A DNA stretch of 64,000 nt. Origin: Vicugna vicugna (Eukaryota). Under the pieces are notes generated by a model. That model did not search any database. It worked only from the letters and a program-made list of their open reading frames with translations, and had not been told where the DNA came from. Made by a program: the position numbers and the translations under genes. The first letter of the stretch is position 1. Each line of letters starts with the position of its first letter. Positions 61,731 through 64,000 of the stretch are shown here, piece after piece. The stretch is taken from assembly GCA_013265495.1 (NCBI GenBank), contig MU058009.1:3863780-3927779 (forward strand). Reading direction: 5' to 3'.

Positions 61731-63184
61731 CCTGCTGACGTCATCAGACACATTTGTTCCTTATTCTTTGAAAACATCCTGTGCAATCTCTCTCCACTGG
61801 GACTGAGTCTTATCTACAAAAATGCTCTTTTTCCCCCAGTCTTCCCCACGCAGACACGTCGCTTGGGAACCTTTTCCTCCTCCCTCCCCTTTCCCACACA
61901 TCAAGCCTTCCACATTCTTTGTTTGCTTCCCCCACTTTCTTTCCTTCCAGCCTGAGGTTCTAGGTCTAAGGCAGCATTCTAGATCATTTTTATCTTCTTC
62001 TTTCTGTGGGCTGGGGGTTCTTGCCTTCCTTCCCAGGGATGGGCCTAAGCCCCCGTTAAACGCCGGAAGCAGAGATGCTGATTTCTCGCTCCGTGTCCTT
62101 CTGTCCTCTCCGCCCTGCAGCCTCCGTGGCGTCGTGTCTCCTTCCAGTGGCTCCTGGCGGTTCCTCCCGCCGGGCTGCGTGCACGAAGCCGTGCCGCGAT
62201 GACGCCTCGTCTCAGCGTCTTCCTTCCGCGCTGACAGGTGAATGACACCTTGACTGAGCGCAGGCTTCCAATGCCGTAGCCCTCTCTCCCAGTCACCTGC
62301 GGCGGTTACACTGCTGTCCCCTGGCTCCCTGCGCTGCCCGTCTGACCCGCTCCCTCCGTAAGCCACTCCCTCTGTAGGACTTTGCGAGGCTGTGTATTTA
62401 CATAGAATCCCAGAATTTTAAGGCGTGTGTTTTCTTGCCAATCCAGCCTGGAGCAGAGTAAAGCCATTCAATATTCGCACTCAGGTGCACCCTCGGCTCC
62501 CCCACAGTTTCTCTGAGGCTCTGCTTAGATCCTACCTCTCTCCCCTCAGCTATTTTTTCCGCCTGTACGAAACAAGTTTTATTTGTTTATTAAACTCTGA
62601 TGTCTACCCTCCTGACTGTCATCCTTTTATCCTTTTAATCTGTGCCTTGCGATATACTTTGCCCCTGAAATTCCAGGCAAGTAATTTGAGTCTCGGCAGT
62701 GGCACTTTCTCTTTCTATTGAACTGCAGAATTTTGTGGTTAAAAAAATTATGCATTCTTTTTTTATTTCAGATATACTTGTGTTCTGCACTTGGCTCTCT
62801 GTGTATCTGTGTATTATGTTTATATATAACATATATACTTAATTCACTCTGTCATCTTCTAGCAGCTCTGTTTTGCTGAACACATCATCCTCTAACTGCT
62901 GGTGCCCCCTGAATGGATCATTTTTCTTTGCAAGTGGATTGGGATTCAGGTCGTGCTGAGAAATTACCAGTTAGGTGCTGGACGGCGGCGCAGTCTCTTG
63001 CTGGGGATCACTTCCTCTTACCCTCCTGGCTTCGGGAGCCAGGAGGACCCAGCCCCCTTGTTCAGCACCTGCTCGGTTTCCTGAGGACCTGGGAGAACCA
63101 GGCTGGTGTTGGGATGTTGACTTTCAACCTAGAATCACACAGTTTGCTGTGGGATAGACTTGTCCCAAGGTCAGGCCGTCTCTG

Positions 63185-63222
63185 GTCTGGATGATGACTC
63201 CCTGAAGGTACCTTCTAGTTCT
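63185..63222 (+). mobile_element. MIR3/L3(CR1)-type 3' tail fragment
   Basis: 'gtctggatgatgactccctgaaggtaccttctagttct' resembles 'ggactagatgatctctaaggtcccttccagctct'. Confidence 0.45.
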
Positions 63223-64000
63223 TTTCCAGCTGGCAGGAGAGCAAGTCCTGCAGAAATTCTCTTCAGAGCACTTCCAGCGGCCTTGCTCGCACACGCCCTT
63301 TGGCCCAGACACGCGGCTCGAGAGAGACAGGTTAAAGCCGGCGATGAGGCCGCCACTCTGCCAGGTCTGTTCTAGTCCCTCAGAGGGATCTGTGGCGAGA
63401 TCTCTGTCAGACTGAGAAAGCAAGCAGCAACGGCCACGTGCAGGGGCAGCAGCACCGTGAGGCTCCCACGACCGTCTTGTCCCTGTGCCACCCTGTGTGG
63501 CGGGTGTTGTGGGAGAAGCAGGCTCGTGTGCGCAGCGCTGCCCCCGTGGTCAGCAGTTGGGAAAGGACAGCAGCAAAGCCCAGGCCTCCTTCTCCAGGTC
63601 CAGCGACGCTGGCACAGCTGTCTGGGCAAGCAGGGGGGCGTCGAGGCTGGTCTCGCCCCAGCCGCTTCAAGCCGAGTGCGTATTGAAGTGTCACAGCGAA
63701 GTACAGGGGGAGAGCGCGCAGCGCCCGGCGTCAGCGCGGACGGAGGACTTTCTGGCTGAGGAAGTCCTTTTTTAAACTCAGCACAGCGGTGGCTTCCTAA
63801 AGCCAAGAACATTATCCTTTTTTTGCCTTTTCATTTATTTGTGTGTGTGCTTACAATTTTATTGTGTCGTCTGTGTATGTGTGTGCACGCGCCTACCCAG
63901 ACACGCACGTGCGGGAAAGTAACATGGAAAGGTACAGCTTCGCACGTGTCCCAGGCCAAACACTTAACTGGCACCAGGATCGAGCAACAGACCATCACGG

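Noticed and set aside
61761..62366. 201-aa minus-strand ORF
   Set aside because: Translation of a purine-rich strand between L1 remnants; no recognisable protein.
1..64000. CRISPR arrays, rRNA/tRNA genes, operon-like or prokaryotic systems
   Set aside because: None seen; the sequence is mammalian and repeat-rich, and most track ORFs use non-ATG starts that are not meaningful here.

Overview
This is eutherian mammalian genomic DNA, GC- and CpG-rich, and essentially intronic or intergenic. It carries artiodactyl-type L1 3' ends, but I saw no ruminant, cetacean, pig, primate, rodent or carnivore SINEs, so a camelid is my best inference. It is densely filled with old repeats: MIR, L2, L1M, MLT1 LTRs, MER5A1 and MER53. 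There is one 70-N assembly gap. I recognised no coding exon of a host gene. The one gene-derived element is a 5'-truncated processed copy of CEP97 on the minus strand (about 13558-14313). It includes the last ~135 codons with the frame still open, a ~330-nt 3'UTR, AATAAA and an A-rich tail. An ATG in Kozak context and a splice-acceptor-like motif lie at its 5' junction, and two exon-like segments lie upstream, so a new chimeric spliced transcript is possible. Other notable signals are four perfect D-box (RTTAYGTAAY) motifs within 170 bp and pervasive AT-to-GC drift of old repeats and of the retrocopy. Repeat family and gene names come from recalled consensus sequences, not from database searches, and repeat boundaries are approximate.
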